Source: Vicugna vicugna (Eukaryota). From it: 64,000 nucleotides of DNA. The notes beneath the pieces were generated by a model that searched no databases, was not told the DNA's origin, and saw only the letters and a list, made by a program, of their open reading frames with translations. The position numbers were made by a program, and so were the translations under genes. The stretch is taken from assembly GCA_013265495.1 (NCBI GenBank), contig MU057880.1, positions 1,456,527 to 1,520,526 of the forward strand, read 5' to 3'. This document shows, piece by piece, positions 25,286-39,125 of the stretch. Positions within the stretch are counted from its first letter, which is position 1. The number at the start of each line of letters is the position of its first letter.

Positions 25286-26061
25286 CTGCATACATTTTTT
25301 AAAACCATATTTATCAAACTTTGATCTGAAACATAAAGGTTCATTAAAATAACTTAATAGAGCAGCATGAAGAAAAGTAATAGAAAAAATAAAATAGAAC
25401 ATATCCAAGTATATCTCACATAACAATAAAAATATTGCTTTGTGAATCATTTTTTCCCTCTGACATATGTATCTACTAGACTGAAATATAATGTGCATTT
25501 TTTTTATTATGGCAAATTTACAACATTCTTTCAAAAGTTTGAAGGACACTGTACTAAACTTGCTTATCTGTTTCACTCTTCATTTGACTTAACTATGGGG
25601 GAAGGATCCAGATCTTTTATGAATCTTTTTACAGTTGAATCCTTGGAACATAACTCATAGTGTAGATCAGGTAGGCACTAGCATTTGTGGATAAGACAGT
25701 GGGAAGGAGAGAAGTGATAGAAAGTGGGGCATCTGAAGGAGGCTGCACAAATGTATCAGTGAAAGTTGGCTTCTGCAGTCAGGAGTGGGTAGCCAAGCAC
25801 TGAGGGAAGGCACTGCAGAGTAGCTCCAGAACTAACTGTATCATAGCAACCAATTCTACCACAGTGTGAACGAGCACCAGGATCTCAAATTAAATGAAAG
25901 GCATTTTAATATCCTGTCCTGCATTGGTTGTTATCAAAGACTGCATTTTTGTTTAACATCAACTCCATTTCTGTTTTGAAAAATAAATAAATATTAAATA
26001 GGTGTTTCCTTGCTTTATCTCTAATTAATTGATATGAAATTATCCTCTGGGCCCATGTGAT

Positions 26062-26493
26062 TGTAATAGAAAAGAACAAATCTGACTCAATATTAAATCT
26101 GTTCCTTTGGCTTTAACCACTGTTCCCTGTTTCCTAGGCTTAGCTCTGCTAGCTCTGCACTCACGTAAAGACAACAAGTTGCAGAATTGAGAATAACATT
26201 TGTTTGTTGGATGTTTTGCAGGAGCACCATGAGCTGGCTCACGTGGACAGCTGCAGGAACAAAGAATTCCTACACCAAGAAGTTTGCAACAACCAACCAC
26301 ACTCTCTCCCCTGTTTTTTTTGTATAAAAGGAGCCTGTATTCTGATCAGAGGATGGTTCTCCAAGACATTAGTCTGCCATCCTCTTGGTCTGGTGGCTTT
26401 CCAAATTAAGTCACTATTCCTTGCCCCAACACCTCATCTCCCGATTTATTGGTCAGTTGTGTGGTGAACAGAATGAGTCTGGACTCAGTAGCA
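26062..26493 (+). mobile_element. ERV1-class solo LTR
   Basis: TG...CA ends with perfect TSD TGAT (26058-26061 and 26494-26497); TATAAAA at 26323-26329. Confidence 0.9.
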
Positions 26494-28162
26494 TGATCTC
26501 TGATTTGTAGCTAACTTCTACTTCCTTGGTAATAATTAATATTCTTAGGATAAAGAAGTCTACCTGTACGTGAAATGCTTGACCTCAGAAACTGGAAAAG
26601 AGTTCAAACTCTGGTGACTTTATGACAAGGACATTTCATTGTGAGGAAGAAGAGTAAGAACCTTTACCTGGATTTAGTCCTTGTTTTCAATTCTTTCATT
26701 AAATCCAAATTTGAAGTAAGAGGCTATAAATATACATTTTTAAAATTTAATCTTTTTCTACATACAATATTTATTTCCTATGTCCTTTGAACCGGAACAG
26801 TATTTGTTCATGTATGCTTAAATTTAAAAGGCCACCTTGACCACAATCTGAAGACGTAGAGGTCTATCTGGTTTTGTCTACTGATTATTTTCTTAAGAAC
26901 CTTTATAGCAAAGTGTACTTATGATTTTCACTATTTTTTTTTAATAATAGCCATGGAGACATTGCTAGCTGTAAGATTTTTGGGCTTCAATGAACTAAGA
27001 TATATATGAATTTGGGGATTTAAAGGGATTCTGAGATCCTAATATAACTATATATCTAACACAGAAGAAAGAGTTCACTAAAATGATTTTAGGATAATTG
27101 TCTGTCTAGGTACAGTCTCTGGTCAAGCCACTGTTCTCTTAGAAAATCGAATATACTAGTAGTATTGGCTAATCTTTTTTTGTCCTTTCTAAATATCATT
27201 TCAGTTTCATTTTGTAGATTTTCTTTTTCACCTTTGGACATATTTTTATGGCACTGTAATCTGAAAGTTACATCCCTTAAGCTAGGCAATGAGACTCCCT
27301 CTAGGGAATATTAATTATGAGAATAAATAGACTGAAAAAGATAGATGTTCATCCATTCCAAAGGTTACATGCTAACCAGACACTTCTTGCTATAAAAGCT
27401 TTCCCATAATTTTTGCATTCTTGTCTTGGGGTGTGGGTCTTGGGTTCTATACATTTCTAAGTCTGATGCTTTAGTTTACTCTGCTGATTCCTGGGCTCCC
27501 AATGTGGTTTCCAGTAGATATACTGTTGCATAAATTAGCCAGAATGATGTCTTCCACTTACAAGAGTCAAAACTGTTAAAAAATGTTACTGTGTCTTAAG
27601 GGTGTAAATCCCTTTGAGATTCAAGGCTTGACGGAATGCAGATGGAGTTCCTTAGTGCTAACAGTTGGAGCAGAACCTTCTTCCTTGAGGAGTGCTAGAA
27701 TTCAAGACGTGGAGAGACTAATATGTAAGCAGGAAAGGCCAGAGAATGCAAGATGGTAGTTCAGAGTCATCGTATTAAATGGGGCCACAGGTAGATGTCA
27801 AAGCCTCGAGGGTGGTGGTGAGAATTTAGGTCCAAGAAGAGTTGGGGCCAAAAGCATGGGCATGGAGGGGAGGGAAAGGTGACACAGGAATCTAGGAATA
27901 TAAATTAGAGGTTTTCTGGGATTGCCTCCTGTGGTCTATGATCTGAGTATAGGAGTCAGGAGAGCTTTGCCCATCTTAAAGTATTTGGGAATATAACCAA
28001 GAAGGATCCTATTGTCATCAGTGACCATCTGGTATCTGCAGTGGTGTTTGTAACTGCATAATTGCATAATGGCTTGAAGAGTTTTTCTCCTGCTCCTGCT
28101 GCCCAGGGTTGGACTGGAGAGGAGGGAGGCTTGGGTGATCTGCCCAACCCCCTGTGTGCAGG

Positions 28163-28725
28163 GGTCATGCTCAGTGCCCTGCTTTTGACCCCAATACTCT
28201 GCTCTTGACTTCAGTGCTCTGCTCTTGACCCCTTATGGTTTCCTTGGATCCTGTTGTTTGAGCTGCAGCCCTCAGCCTGCAGCAGGAGGTCCCAGGCCTC
28301 AGCCTGGTCAAAAGGCTAAAAGCATTTATCCACCTGACTTTAAACTGTGCAAGTTTTTCCCTAGAGCTCTTTTCCATGGAGCCTGTTCCTAGGCACCCTT
28401 TGATCCAGGTACAAGAATATTGAGAGAATCCCAAAGCCAAAGATGAACTTCATATACAGCACAGCAAAGGGGATGCTGCATCTGCAAAAACAGGAACAAC
28501 TTTGCAACAATTTGTTACCCCATATGTGATTTCTATGGAAACCAGTTCCACCCTTAAACACTTGAACTTTTACTATAAAACCCAGCAGGCTCAGACTTAG
28601 AGGCATTAGCCCACTGGGACCTCCTTTGCCTGCAAAGAAATAAGCTACCTTTTCTACTTCATCCAAAACTCTGTCCTCCAATCTCCATTTGATAAGCAAG
28701 GTGCAGAGGCCAAGTTTCAGTGACA
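28163..28725 (+). mobile_element. ERV1-class solo LTR
   Basis: TATAAAA at 28574-28580; U5-like end gcagaggccaagtttcagtgaca; 5' boundary inferred from CAGG/CAGA flanks. Confidence 0.7.
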
Positions 28726-31433
28726 CAGAAAGACAGTATCTGCTGAGAAGTGGATACCAGATTTCTCTCATTCAGGTTTATCTATAAACCTTCTCCCTAC
28801 ACCTTTACCCTCACAGCTCTTTGCTAGAGGACAGGTGGGTGTACTTCTCTTTCTTATGACGACTCCTTGTCCCCTCTGCCTCAAGGTATATATTCTGCGT
28901 TCTCATGCTCATTTGACTTCATTTTCATTGGTGCTATGATGCTTTTTCACACCATAACCCCAGTTATCAATGTAAATTTCTGCTACACCTGCAGCATTTC
29001 AATCTCTAGCTATAATGTTTTTGATTTGAAAAAAAGCATTTTTCTTTTAATAGTAGAAAATGTCCTTCACTACTTTTGTAAGGTACATAGGGTGTTGAAA
29101 GAGATTGGATGGCATAAGGTGTGCTCAGTTTCAAAGAAACTTCCGATTAACTTTAAGGAATTCCTATTTGGGCTTTTTTCCCCTCAGAAGGTGTGTTTGA
29201 TTTATTTATAAGACTGAGGTAGTGGTAAACCCTTTCCATCATGTAGGTGGAATAAAAATTCACAATAAAGTTGAAGGTTATTTTTCTTTAGGGAAATTTT
29301 ATGATAAAGATGGGTCTTTCTGAGAACTTCTTGACAGGTTCATGTTTATAAGTTATTTTATGATATTTTATACTATAAAATATAGAATTCTAAAACTTAA
29401 CAAATGGCACCAGAAACCATTTTCCTCATACTTAACAAGGGGATTTTTCTAAGTTCCTTCTCACATTCACTGGCAGAAAATGAAACAGAATGTTCGTTAC
29501 AATAGTATATTTCCAGACTCTGTGAGTCTACGTGTAATTTAAGTACAAATGCAGATGATTGGCATAAATTCGCTTCCTTTGAATGTAACAGAATCTCTCA
29601 AAATCTAGCACTCAATGTAATCGCATGAATGGATTTTTGAATGCCATTCTCTCAAATAAAATTATATAAATGAAAATTGGCACAGGAATCTTGAGAAAAT
29701 CCATGTTAGCCTCTGCAGTTTGCAGAGAGCTTTCTGAAGCCTGCACGACATCTTATTTTTGGTAATGCACAGGTACATTTCTGCTACTTGGAGCTTAGAG
29801 AGATTGTATCAGAAGATATCTGCAGAGAGTCAGCGGTTTTGAAAGAGGTTGGAGATGAATTGTGTTTAGAAAGAAAAGCTTGATCGAGATCTTTTGCACT
29901 GCGGTATAGAATTGTTTCAGAGAAATATTATCTTTTGTTTGCTAAGCTCTGTCAGACCCAAATCCAAGGAGCACATTGATTTGTTGCCAGTCGGTTGCAT
30001 ATGCTGGATGGATCTGTTTATACCACTATTGTATGAAACTTATTTCATTGTGGGTGCTTAGGGCAGGCAGAGCTAGAAAAGAGGCTCAGATTTACCAGCC
30101 CACTGTTACCGAATCATTTCTGTATCCATCTTGAATCTAATTCATACAGGATAGAAAAATTATCTCATAAATATGGACACTGACTTGTGATATACCCTGA
30201 AAATTATTTTCTTTCTTCACTTCCACTATAGATGCTAAACTGCTAGGGTATATTCCTTGATCTGTCTTAGGAGATGAGATGCTAATCATGTTTCATTTAT
30301 TAGCTGCTAATTTTACTTCCTCTACCCCATATTGGATAACTGAAAGAACCCAGAATGGAAGCTGACATATGGGAGCTCTGCAGTCCTGGCTGAACGTCTG
30401 CAACAAGTCATGCAGTGTTTCGCATTTATCAAGTAAATTGCTTATGTAAGTGAGATAATGTTTTATCCTATCTCATTAGGTTGAGTTGAATATTTATGCT
30501 TTTATGTTATGAGTTGCACAGTATGTTCTGTCATACGGGAAACTGTAAGAGCCAGAGGGCGACAAAAAGTGTCTTCTTGGGTTTGAGCTCAAATGGAGAT
30601 ACTTACTGGGAAATCACGGTGCTTACTTCAGAGGGAAAGAAGTGTTTCAGTGGAGATGGGAAACAAGAAGAGATTCAGTGATGCAACCCTGAGTTTGCAG
30701 AAGGGCATGTGACTAGAAGGGCAGTGACAGTGCCTTCTTTCATGCCTTCTCCTCTAGAGAGGACAGAGCGTTTCTTTGAACATTTGATTGGACGATTAGT
30801 CATATGTGCCCACACATGTTCATTCAGCTCAGGAACTGCATTGAGGTATGAACAGCCAAAAAAGCTTGCCTGTAAGTGTGTGCTTTTCCCTTATTGCACT
30901 CGCTATGAGCTCCTTCAAGGATCCAGGCTCTTCATCCAGACCTCGATGCCAAAAATTCTCCTTTGTCATGATGCGTCTGGCTCTGGTTGGTTCTCCTCCT
31001 TGCCAACTTGATGTCTCTCATGTTGTGTGCATTTCTAAAACTTTTTTTCTCATCAAAATTTTCCTTTGACTTCCTTTACAGATAACATGAATTCTGATAG
31101 GCAATACACTCAAAAGCAAGCCCCAAATATTTTGCTCATATTGTGTGTTTGAGAGTTTGGGGTCTTCTAAGTGTCCTTTCTACAAAATGGTGACATGATT
31201 ATCCCAGTTCTTCTGAGCTGTACCCTACAGAATAGCTTTTATTCTACCTTCTTGCTTATACCCTTGCCAGGATTGAAGATTTCCTTAGTCAAATAGATAC
31301 TAGATTTGTTATTTTTTTCTCTTGATTTGAAAACTTCTTTCAGATTTACATCCTGTTCACAGAATGCCTTCCTATGGGCTAGACACTCTTCTAGGCACTA
31401 GAACTTAGAGGCGAACAAAATACACACTCTGAC

Positions 31434-31557
31434 TGTGTGTGTGTGTGTGTGTGTAGGTGTGCATGCATGTGTTTGTGTGTATGTGTGTGCATGTGTGTGT
31501 ATACATGCACGTCTCTGTGTATGTGTGCATGTACACGTGTGTGTATGTGTGTGTGTG
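31434..31557. repeat. Imperfect (TG)n microsatellite
   Basis: Directly visible; explains the CV/HT-repeat ORFs in the track. Confidence 0.95.
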
Positions 31558-31559
31558 CC

Positions 31560-32760
31560 TGCAGGGGAAGGGCAGGCAATACTGAGTCAACAAATAAACA
31601 GTGATAGCTTCCAAGTGTGGCAAGTGACAAAGAAGAAACCCGGGCAGTTTCCCGGAGTGTGACTGGGTTGGCAGGAAGCTAATTCAGTGGGGAGAGTCAA
31701 GGAAGGCTTGCTGGTGGAGATGCCGTCTGAGCCGAGACGTGGCTGACACGACGGAGCTAAGTATGTGAGCATCTGTGGGCGGAGCTTCCCTCCAGAAGGA
31801 AGGGCAAGTGAAGGAACCTTAGAGACAGAGTAAGTCCTTTGTGCTGAGGAACAGGGGGAAGGCCAGTCTGGGCGGCCTGTAAGGAACAGAAGGCAGCGTG
31901 ACAAGAAGTGGTTACAGGGCACACAGTTCAGATCACATTTGGTCTTATAGGCCCTACCGGATTCCATTTCAGGAGTTTCCCCTGATTCTAGGTAAGGTGG
32001 GATTCCACTGGTTGCCTGGAGTCAGGGAGAGACAAGCTCATACTTAGCACATGCTCTCCTCTGTGAAGACAGGGTACCAATTAGAGAGCTTTAGCCATTG
32101 ATTCTCTATGCACAAGCAGATAAACCAGCTTTCTGGTTTACCCAGAATGTGATTTTTTTGGGGGGGCGGGGTCAGCATATTAGTGAGCCCAGAGAATCAC
32201 CTGGAGGAACTGGCAGAAATACAACTGGAATCCCAGCCCCTCCCAGGCAGAGCACAGCTGTGCTTCCCTTTGGACACTGGGGTTTCTGCAGTGTCCAGAC
32301 CCTGGGAGTGGACTCTCCCATGGACATTTTATTTGCTCACTTCTGTGGATCACTGGCTTCAGACACGGGGTTCTGCATAGTTGTCTCTGGTTTGCTGAGG
32401 TTCTACAAGAAGAAAAGCTGGGGAAATGTGTGTCTTGTGATTTCAGCTTCAATAGCAGGAAGCACATTCTGCAAGGCACATTCTTTAAGTGTAAAAAAAG
32501 GAGTTCATATGCTGGACAGCTAATCAAGGTATCCACCCAAGAAGCTAATGGTTGATCTAAGAGAATGGCCATCTTGGCTTGGACAGCATGGTCGCAGTCG
32601 GGAGAGAAATCGTGAGACTCTAAGTTATTTGGAAGTCGAGTTGACAGAAATTTGTTCTGGCATGGATGTGGGGGTGCAGGGAGGAGGGGGCATCACGTAT
32701 AACTCCTAGGCTTGGGCATTGAGAACCCAGGTGGCGAGAATGGGGAGCCAGGCCAGAAGC
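31560..32760 (-). mobile_element. L2 fragments (31560-32050 and 32560-32760)
   Basis: gtcaaggaaggcttgctggtggagatgccgtctgagccgagac...; tggatgtgggggtgcagggaggaggggg...aactcctagg. Confidence 0.6.
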
Positions 32761-33199
32761 AGGTACATATTTGATCAGAAAAATCAAGATCCTTGATGGT
32801 TATTTAAGGCAACATTAGACACTAAATGGTGATGCTAAGTGTATTTGCTTTAATGTTATCAATTATCTTTTCACTTAATAACTGGAGCTAGCTCTGCAAA
32901 ATGGTGTGTGGGATGAAGCAGAAACTAGCCTGCTATGCTTTCCTGGCCACTGGGGGCTGACTGAGCCTGGCGTCCTCATAGCCCTCCTTGCTTTCCATTG
33001 CTTCACGCACAGGAATAGCCACCCTTATGAGTAAGGCGGTTATCTCACTGGTTATCCCACAAGCATCGTGAATTTCTGATTCTGATTTTTTAAATTGTTA
33101 TTATTTTCTCAACTTAGAAACATTATAGCAGAATGTCCAACAGAACTTTGCAGGATGGCAGGACCAGTGTGCTCCTGGGTTAGCCCAGTTATGGCCTGT

Positions 33200-33365
33200 C
33201 TGATCTGGGGATGCAGGAAATGTCTGCAGTTCTCGCCTGTGAAATGAAGATGTATTCCACAGGGCTAATATCCCATAGCGCCGGGATGGGGACGAAATGA
33301 GAGTGTTAATGAAGACTTGACATACAGTGAAGGCACTCAGGAGACAATAACTTTAATTATTATTG
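33200..33365 (+). mobile_element. MIR
   Basis: cagttctcgcctgtgaaatgaagat...aaatgagag...catacagtgaaggcactcag...tattatt. Confidence 0.55.
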
Positions 33366-34019
33366 TCAGTCCTGCCCTTCCCTCTCTAAATGCAAAAAAT
33401 TCATCCTGCAAGGAAAAAAAAATAATCCATCCTTCACATGCAGGCTCATGAAGATTCTTGCTGGGATCCTCAGCCTAGTCAAGGCTGTCATCGAAAGCAT
33501 CATCTACAAAAATGTAACGAACAAAGTGTGTTGTGGGTGTCCAAGGACAGAACACAGAGTCAGCCCTCTGTGGGGCTGGGGCTGGAGGCTGCATCAACGT
33601 GTGTTCCTTTGCAGCTCCGTAGATTGAGGTTGGAAGCGTTCTCCCCTCTGTCATCTGCACCACTTTCTTAATTTCTCTGTGCTTACTCAATTTCTGTGTT
33701 TGTGAAAGGCTTCTCTGCGCCCCAGAACTGATGACTGCCCATGCCTCTGGCTTGTTTTGACTTATTACCACCCCAGCTCCACATGACTTTGTAGGTCACA
33801 GGAATGGTGACCCTTAATTTATATTTCTTAACCTTAATTTACATTTTCTAGAGCCAGAATGTTTGGCCTAACCTCCACGATTTCCCTTGGGTTGGCTGTC
33901 CAGCTGCAGCCTGCTTGCCGATTGAGGCTGCTTGGAATTAGGCTTCGACCTTTCTGGGAGTTTGAGGTGGGACCATTTAAGCTAGGACTGTTTCTGGGCA
34001 CAGCGAGCAAAGCAATTGG

Positions 34020-34370
34020 TTGTCAAGAGGTACTTTATCTATAAGGAGGAGAAGTCCACTCAAACTAACTCAGGAAATAAGAGATTTTAGCGAAAGGATA
34101 CAGAAGAAATGTACAAGTGCAGGGCGTAAAACACAGCTGGTCACAGAGGAACTGGGAAACCATCAGGCAAATTGCATCTCTGTCTCAAGCTGATTCTGCA
34201 CGTCTCTGTTTCCTCTCCGCCGGCTGGTGTATTCACTCATTTGAGAATATTAACTGCTCACTCAGCATAGACAGATATGTCATCCCGGCGTGCAGCTAGG
34301 TTTTCCCTGCTTATTTACGGGCTCAAGTTTCCTTAATATTGTTTCTCTGTGAGTCTCTCTCCATTGATCA
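34020..34370 (-). mobile_element. Old MLT1-like LTR fragment
   Basis: aaggagagaagtccactcaaactaactcagg...aaaggatacag. Confidence 0.35.
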
Positions 34371-34379
34371 GACATCACA

Positions 34380-35443
34380 GCAGGGCAGATTCCCAGGCTC
34401 AGTTCTCAGCTCTCCTCCTGCCGCCCCCACACCTATTCCCTTCGGGGCCTCGCCCAGTCTCACGGCTGTAAATTCCAAGTACGTGCTGACAACTCCCAGT
34501 TTATACCTCCTTTGAACTCAAGACCTGTACACCCAGTTGCCTACTTTACGTCTCGACTTCGGCTTCTAATTAGCAAGTCAAACGTAACATGTCTCAATAT
34601 TACTCCTGATCTCACCTCCCCTTCCAAACCTGTCTGACCGCAGTCTCGCTAGTCTCACTCAACAGCAACTTTCTTCCCCCACTTTCTCAGGCCAGAACCC
34701 TTGATGCCACCTTCCACTGTTGTCTTTGTCTCATACATCATGTGAGACACGTCTGCTGTCTCCCCTGTAAAACCCACCCAGGACCCAACTTTCACTGGTT
34801 TCCCTGCTTCATCTCAGGACTCCTCCATAGTCAATTCTAAATAGAGTTCCAGAGCGATGCTGTAACAGATAATTCAGACAGTGGTCCCTCTGCTCAAAAT
34901 CCTCCTTTGGCGTCTTGTCTCCTGCAAAATGGAAGCCATGTTCTTACAGCCTTCTCTTAGGCTCACAAGCACTGCCCCTCTGCCCTTTGCTTCTGACTGT
35001 ATCTCTTACTGTTCACCCTGGTTTGTTCTTGCCCACCTCTTGCTTTACTGGCCTACACTGTCCCTTGACAAGCGAGACAGAACCTCACCCCGGGGCATTT
35101 GAATTCACTTTTTCTTCTGCCTGAAAGTTTCTTTTCCATGATGGATGTTTACATCCTTCTCCCTTCAAGCTTTCACTTAAAGGTCACCCTCTCTGCGAGG
35201 CCTTCCCTCTTACCCTGCCCTCCCTCGCCCTCTCCCTACTTTATTTCAACCCAAAGCATTGATCAGGGTCTGACATACCATGTGTCTTCCTGATTGATGG
35301 ACTGACTGTCCCCCTCCAGGAGAAGGGAAACTCCACAAAGGCAGGTTTCTGACTGATCACTGTGTCCTCAGCACCTAGAAGAGTGCCTGGCACTTAACAG
35401 GCACTGGCTAATGTGTGTGGAGTCCACGAATGCATTTGAGTGA
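34380..35443 (+). mobile_element. L2a 3' portion
   Basis: cccagtctcacggctgtaaattcca...tgctgacaactccca...cactgtgtcctcagcacctagaagagtgcctggcac...gaatg. Confidence 0.8.
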
Positions 35444-36714
35444 AGGAGGAAGTGGACAATTCGTCATACTCTTGTTTGGATGCTCTATGGGCTGCTCAGG
35501 GAAGAGAGATCATCTGTCTTCTGCATCTGGAATATGTGAGATATTTTGTGTTTTCCTATAACTTCATACCACCTACCATATGCATGTGTTGTGCGATATT
35601 CTCCCCACGTCAGTAAGGGCACTGGAATTCAGAATGAAAGCAGAGTGCCCAAGGTAGAGCTGTGATGTGAGTCCTGCTGCTGGAATGATGACTTCCAGCT
35701 CCGTCTTACACATCACGTTTCTGTTTCTCAGTGATAATTAGCACTTCCCTCCTCTTGTTCTTGCAAAAAAGGCGTTAGGAAAAATACCTATGGATTTTAC
35801 TTCCTTTTGCAATAAACGATGGAAAATGAATATTCTCACAAAAGATAGCAGCCTTTGGAGCAGAGGTTCTCCCACTGCTGAGTGACGGTCACTCGTGGCC
35901 TCTGCCCTGTTCTCTAAATGTTTCCCACGTGCCCCGCTCACCTCCTCTCTCCAAAGCCTGCCGCTGTCCCCGGCTGCGCCATTTCCTGCTTAGAGCTCAG
36001 TCTATTCTTGGGTTCTTGTGTCACAAAAACAAAATTTTTTCTCTAATGTTTCTAAGAATATTCATTGTAGGTTTTCTCAAAATTTCATCTGCTCTTCACC
36101 TTGCATTGCATCTCTTTGCTCTGAGATTGTTCCTTATGCTTGTATTTATTTATTTATTTATTTTTGTTGGTTTCGATCTGTAATGTCACTAAGTTTTCTT
36201 GGTTCTCCACTGGTTGCACATTCGTATTGAAGAGTAAAGGAAGCTCTGGGTGCATGAGAGAGCTCAGACCGTGACGACGTACCAGAGGGTGACCCGCTTC
36301 CTACGGCGGGTACCCATGCCTTTGCTCTGGATCATCTCATCCTCTCTGCCAAGTCTTCTGCCTGGTGGTTGCATGCTGCCATCCAGAGAGCGGAGGAGGC
36401 TGGAGAGCTGGTCACTCAGTTTGCAGACTCCCTTAATCCCTAGGTTTTTGGCATGGCACGTTGGGCTGTGCCTCTAGGTCTGTCTGCACAGAGAGGGCAA
36501 CCATCCTAACCAAACCTCGAGCCTCCAGCTTACTCCCCACCTCCACAGACTCCCATCTTCACCCCTTCCTAACATGCGTGGCTCTAAGCTCTGAGTCTTT
36601 CTGAGATTCTGTGGCTCCAAGCATATTAGTGCCTGCAGTTTTCTTCCCAGGCAGGCAAATAGGGAAGAGCATTCTATATTCTTCTAAGTCACTTATCACT
36701 CAGAGCAACAGAGC

Positions 36715-36960
36715 AGAGAGCTTTCAGGTGTCCGGGCTCTGGAGAGAAATTGCCTTGGGTCAAACCCTGAATCTGTCGCTTATGCAGGGTATAGACAATC
36801 CTGGGTAAACTCTCCCTCCCTTCAGGGCTTTCCTGAACTGTAAATCGTGGGCAGTGATAGCATCAATCACATCGCATCGCTGGGGCTATTACAACAACGA
36901 AGGCATTTACTAAAGCGCCAGACACATCACAGGTGCTCCATAAATGTTTGCGTTTATTAT
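36715..36960 (+). mobile_element. MIR
   Basis: gggtcaaaccctgaatctg...ttcctgaactgtaaatcgtgg...gccagacacatcacaggtgctccataaatgtttg. Confidence 0.6.
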
Positions 36961-38594
36961 GCACTTTCAGTCTCTCCAGAAATCTGCTGACATCTACCAG
37001 CGACTGTTGGCCCCTCTCTCATTCTTGTCCTTATGGGTTAAAATAGTTGTCCTTACTCTTTGTGACCAATTCAATAACACTTTGAGAGCACATTGATATA
37101 AATACACATGTTTCATACTTTATAATCAAGTTTATCGCAGTAATGACACTCCCTCGTGTATCAGTATGACACTGAACCTTTTGGTAACGTTTTGGTGACC
37201 TGTTTTGGCAACATGCCTGCTGCTCCTGGCCTCTAGGACCTGGCTTGCTTTCCAGTCCCATCCTAGGGACCAGGGTCCTGTTACTGAACTCTAGCTGGAC
37301 CACTGGTGGACAAGCATCTCTGATTGCAAGGACTTGCTTCTTAGAATGCCCAAGTCCCCAGTGCCTGGAGTCCCCGTCACCGTGTCCGACATAAGGACGT
37401 ACTTCTGCTTTAATTCATGGGGATTTTCAACACCTGTGGCTTGTCCTCAGGTCTACCAATCACTACAGTACTCCTGGTGGGTAGGACAAATGGCTTGTTT
37501 TAGCATCTGGTGGGTCCTTCCCCTTTTTTGACGGGCCATGCCTAGATGAGGACCAGGATGTGACACACCTTCCCTTTGACCTTTCCTCTCTTCCTGTTGG
37601 CCAATTCTCACTTCCCATTTCCATTTTTCTCCTCTTTCTCTTATTCCCTTCCTCCTCAGACATTTGAAGTAGCACTTTTAATAACTTCTTAAAATACAAT
37701 TTAATAGCATAGGATGACAGATACATTTATATTCCATGCACTAGAAATAAGTTTGAGTGGCTAAATACACAGGAAATAATCAGCGATGCATTATTGTTCA
37801 GGGAGAAGTGATTGTTGTCTCATTACTACAATAAGAGACACTTTTATTTTTTATTGTTCATTTACAGAGCATTCCTGGTTCACCCTAGCTGCACATCAAG
37901 CTTCATATTCCGAAATGAGAATCAGTAACAGGATTTCATTCATAGTCCGCTGGAGTGAAAATGACTTTGTGAAGATGTCATTTTCATAATCACTCTCCCC
38001 CACCACGACTGTCATTACTGTTAAATTAAGAAATGCACAAATATTTATTCAGAAACCTCTGAACATAGAAGGTTTGAGATTGTATTATATTTACTCCTCC
38101 CTCCCATGGGCTTTTGGGAAACAGCCATTTTGAAGTGGACAAATAATGGCCTGAAATTCACAGAATGCATGTAAACTATCTAATTACGTGAGCTACTGAG
38201 TACGAGAGAGGAAGCTAGAGTGTGTGCTGGTCTTGATGGCGGCTACCAGGTCTGGAACGGGAAAGGCCGCTTGCTAAATTGTCATATACTAACTAGAAGA
38301 CAACTGAATTTTTTTTCTTTTTTGGTTGCTCACTCTTGCCTACAAGTATATGTGTAATTGTGCCAATTCTATTCTGTCCATGAGGGGCCAGGTAGCTTAT
38401 TCACTGTGTGGAGATCAGTTGATTTTCCACTGCAGAGTTCAAATAAAGCAGAAAGCAACTTCAAGGAATGCATCTCATAGGAAAAGGGAGGGAAGAAGGA
38501 AGGAAGGGAGGAGGGGAAGGCGGGAGGGAAATTTGCTACTAGTTCTTGTTCCAATGTCTGTCCCCATCTCAAGCACTGAGTCAGCTTTTAAAAA

Positions 38595-38737
38595 TTCTTT
38601 TTGCTTGTTTGGCTTTTTTGGGGGGTGGGTGGATAATTAGGCTTATGTATTTATTTTTAGAGGAGGTACCAGGGATTGAACCCAGGACCTTATGCATTCT
38701 AAGCATGTGCTCTACCACCGAGCTGCACCCAGTCCCC
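38595..38737 (-). mobile_element. Vic-1-type SINE
   Basis: gaggaggtaccagggattgaacccaggaccttatgcattctaagcatgtgctctaccaccgagct. Confidence 0.9.
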
Positions 38738-38991
38738 TCTTCCCCCGGTCACTGTTGAGTGCAGTTTGCTAGCGTCAGGTGTACTCACACAGACCACGGA
38801 GTTACACAGCTCCCCATCGCATCATGAGAACCATGCTGGAAGTCAAACAGGCCAAGTGGTGCTTCTCATTTGAGTTTATGCTCCTCACTGGCTGGTGCAC
38901 ACACAATCAAAATTACAGGGAGTACTTTGGAGAGTTTAATACTTTTTAATAAATTTAAATCCTTTATTTTTATCATATTTTAAATGTAATT

Positions 38992-39125
38992 GGGTGGGGG
39001 GTGTGGAGCACATAGCTCAGTGGTAGAACTTATACTTAGCGGGCACGAGGTCCTGGGTTCAGTCCTAGTACCTCCTCTAAAAATAAATACATAAACCTAA
39101 TTACCTCCCCCCTAAATTTTTTTTA
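38992..39125 (+). mobile_element. Vic-1-type SINE
   Basis: atagctcagtggtagaac...gaggtcctgggttcagtcctagtacctcc...aaacctaattacctcccc; flanked by aatgtaatt repeats. Confidence 0.9.

Noticed and set aside
31391..31662. His/Thr- and Cys/Val-repeat ORFs
   Set aside because: Translation artefacts of the (TG)n microsatellite
37869..37925. Acceptor followed by a frame containing TLAAHQ, like a recalled OFCC1 N-terminal peptide
   Set aside because: Only six residues match, flanking residues do not, and the donor is weak; a chance match is plausible
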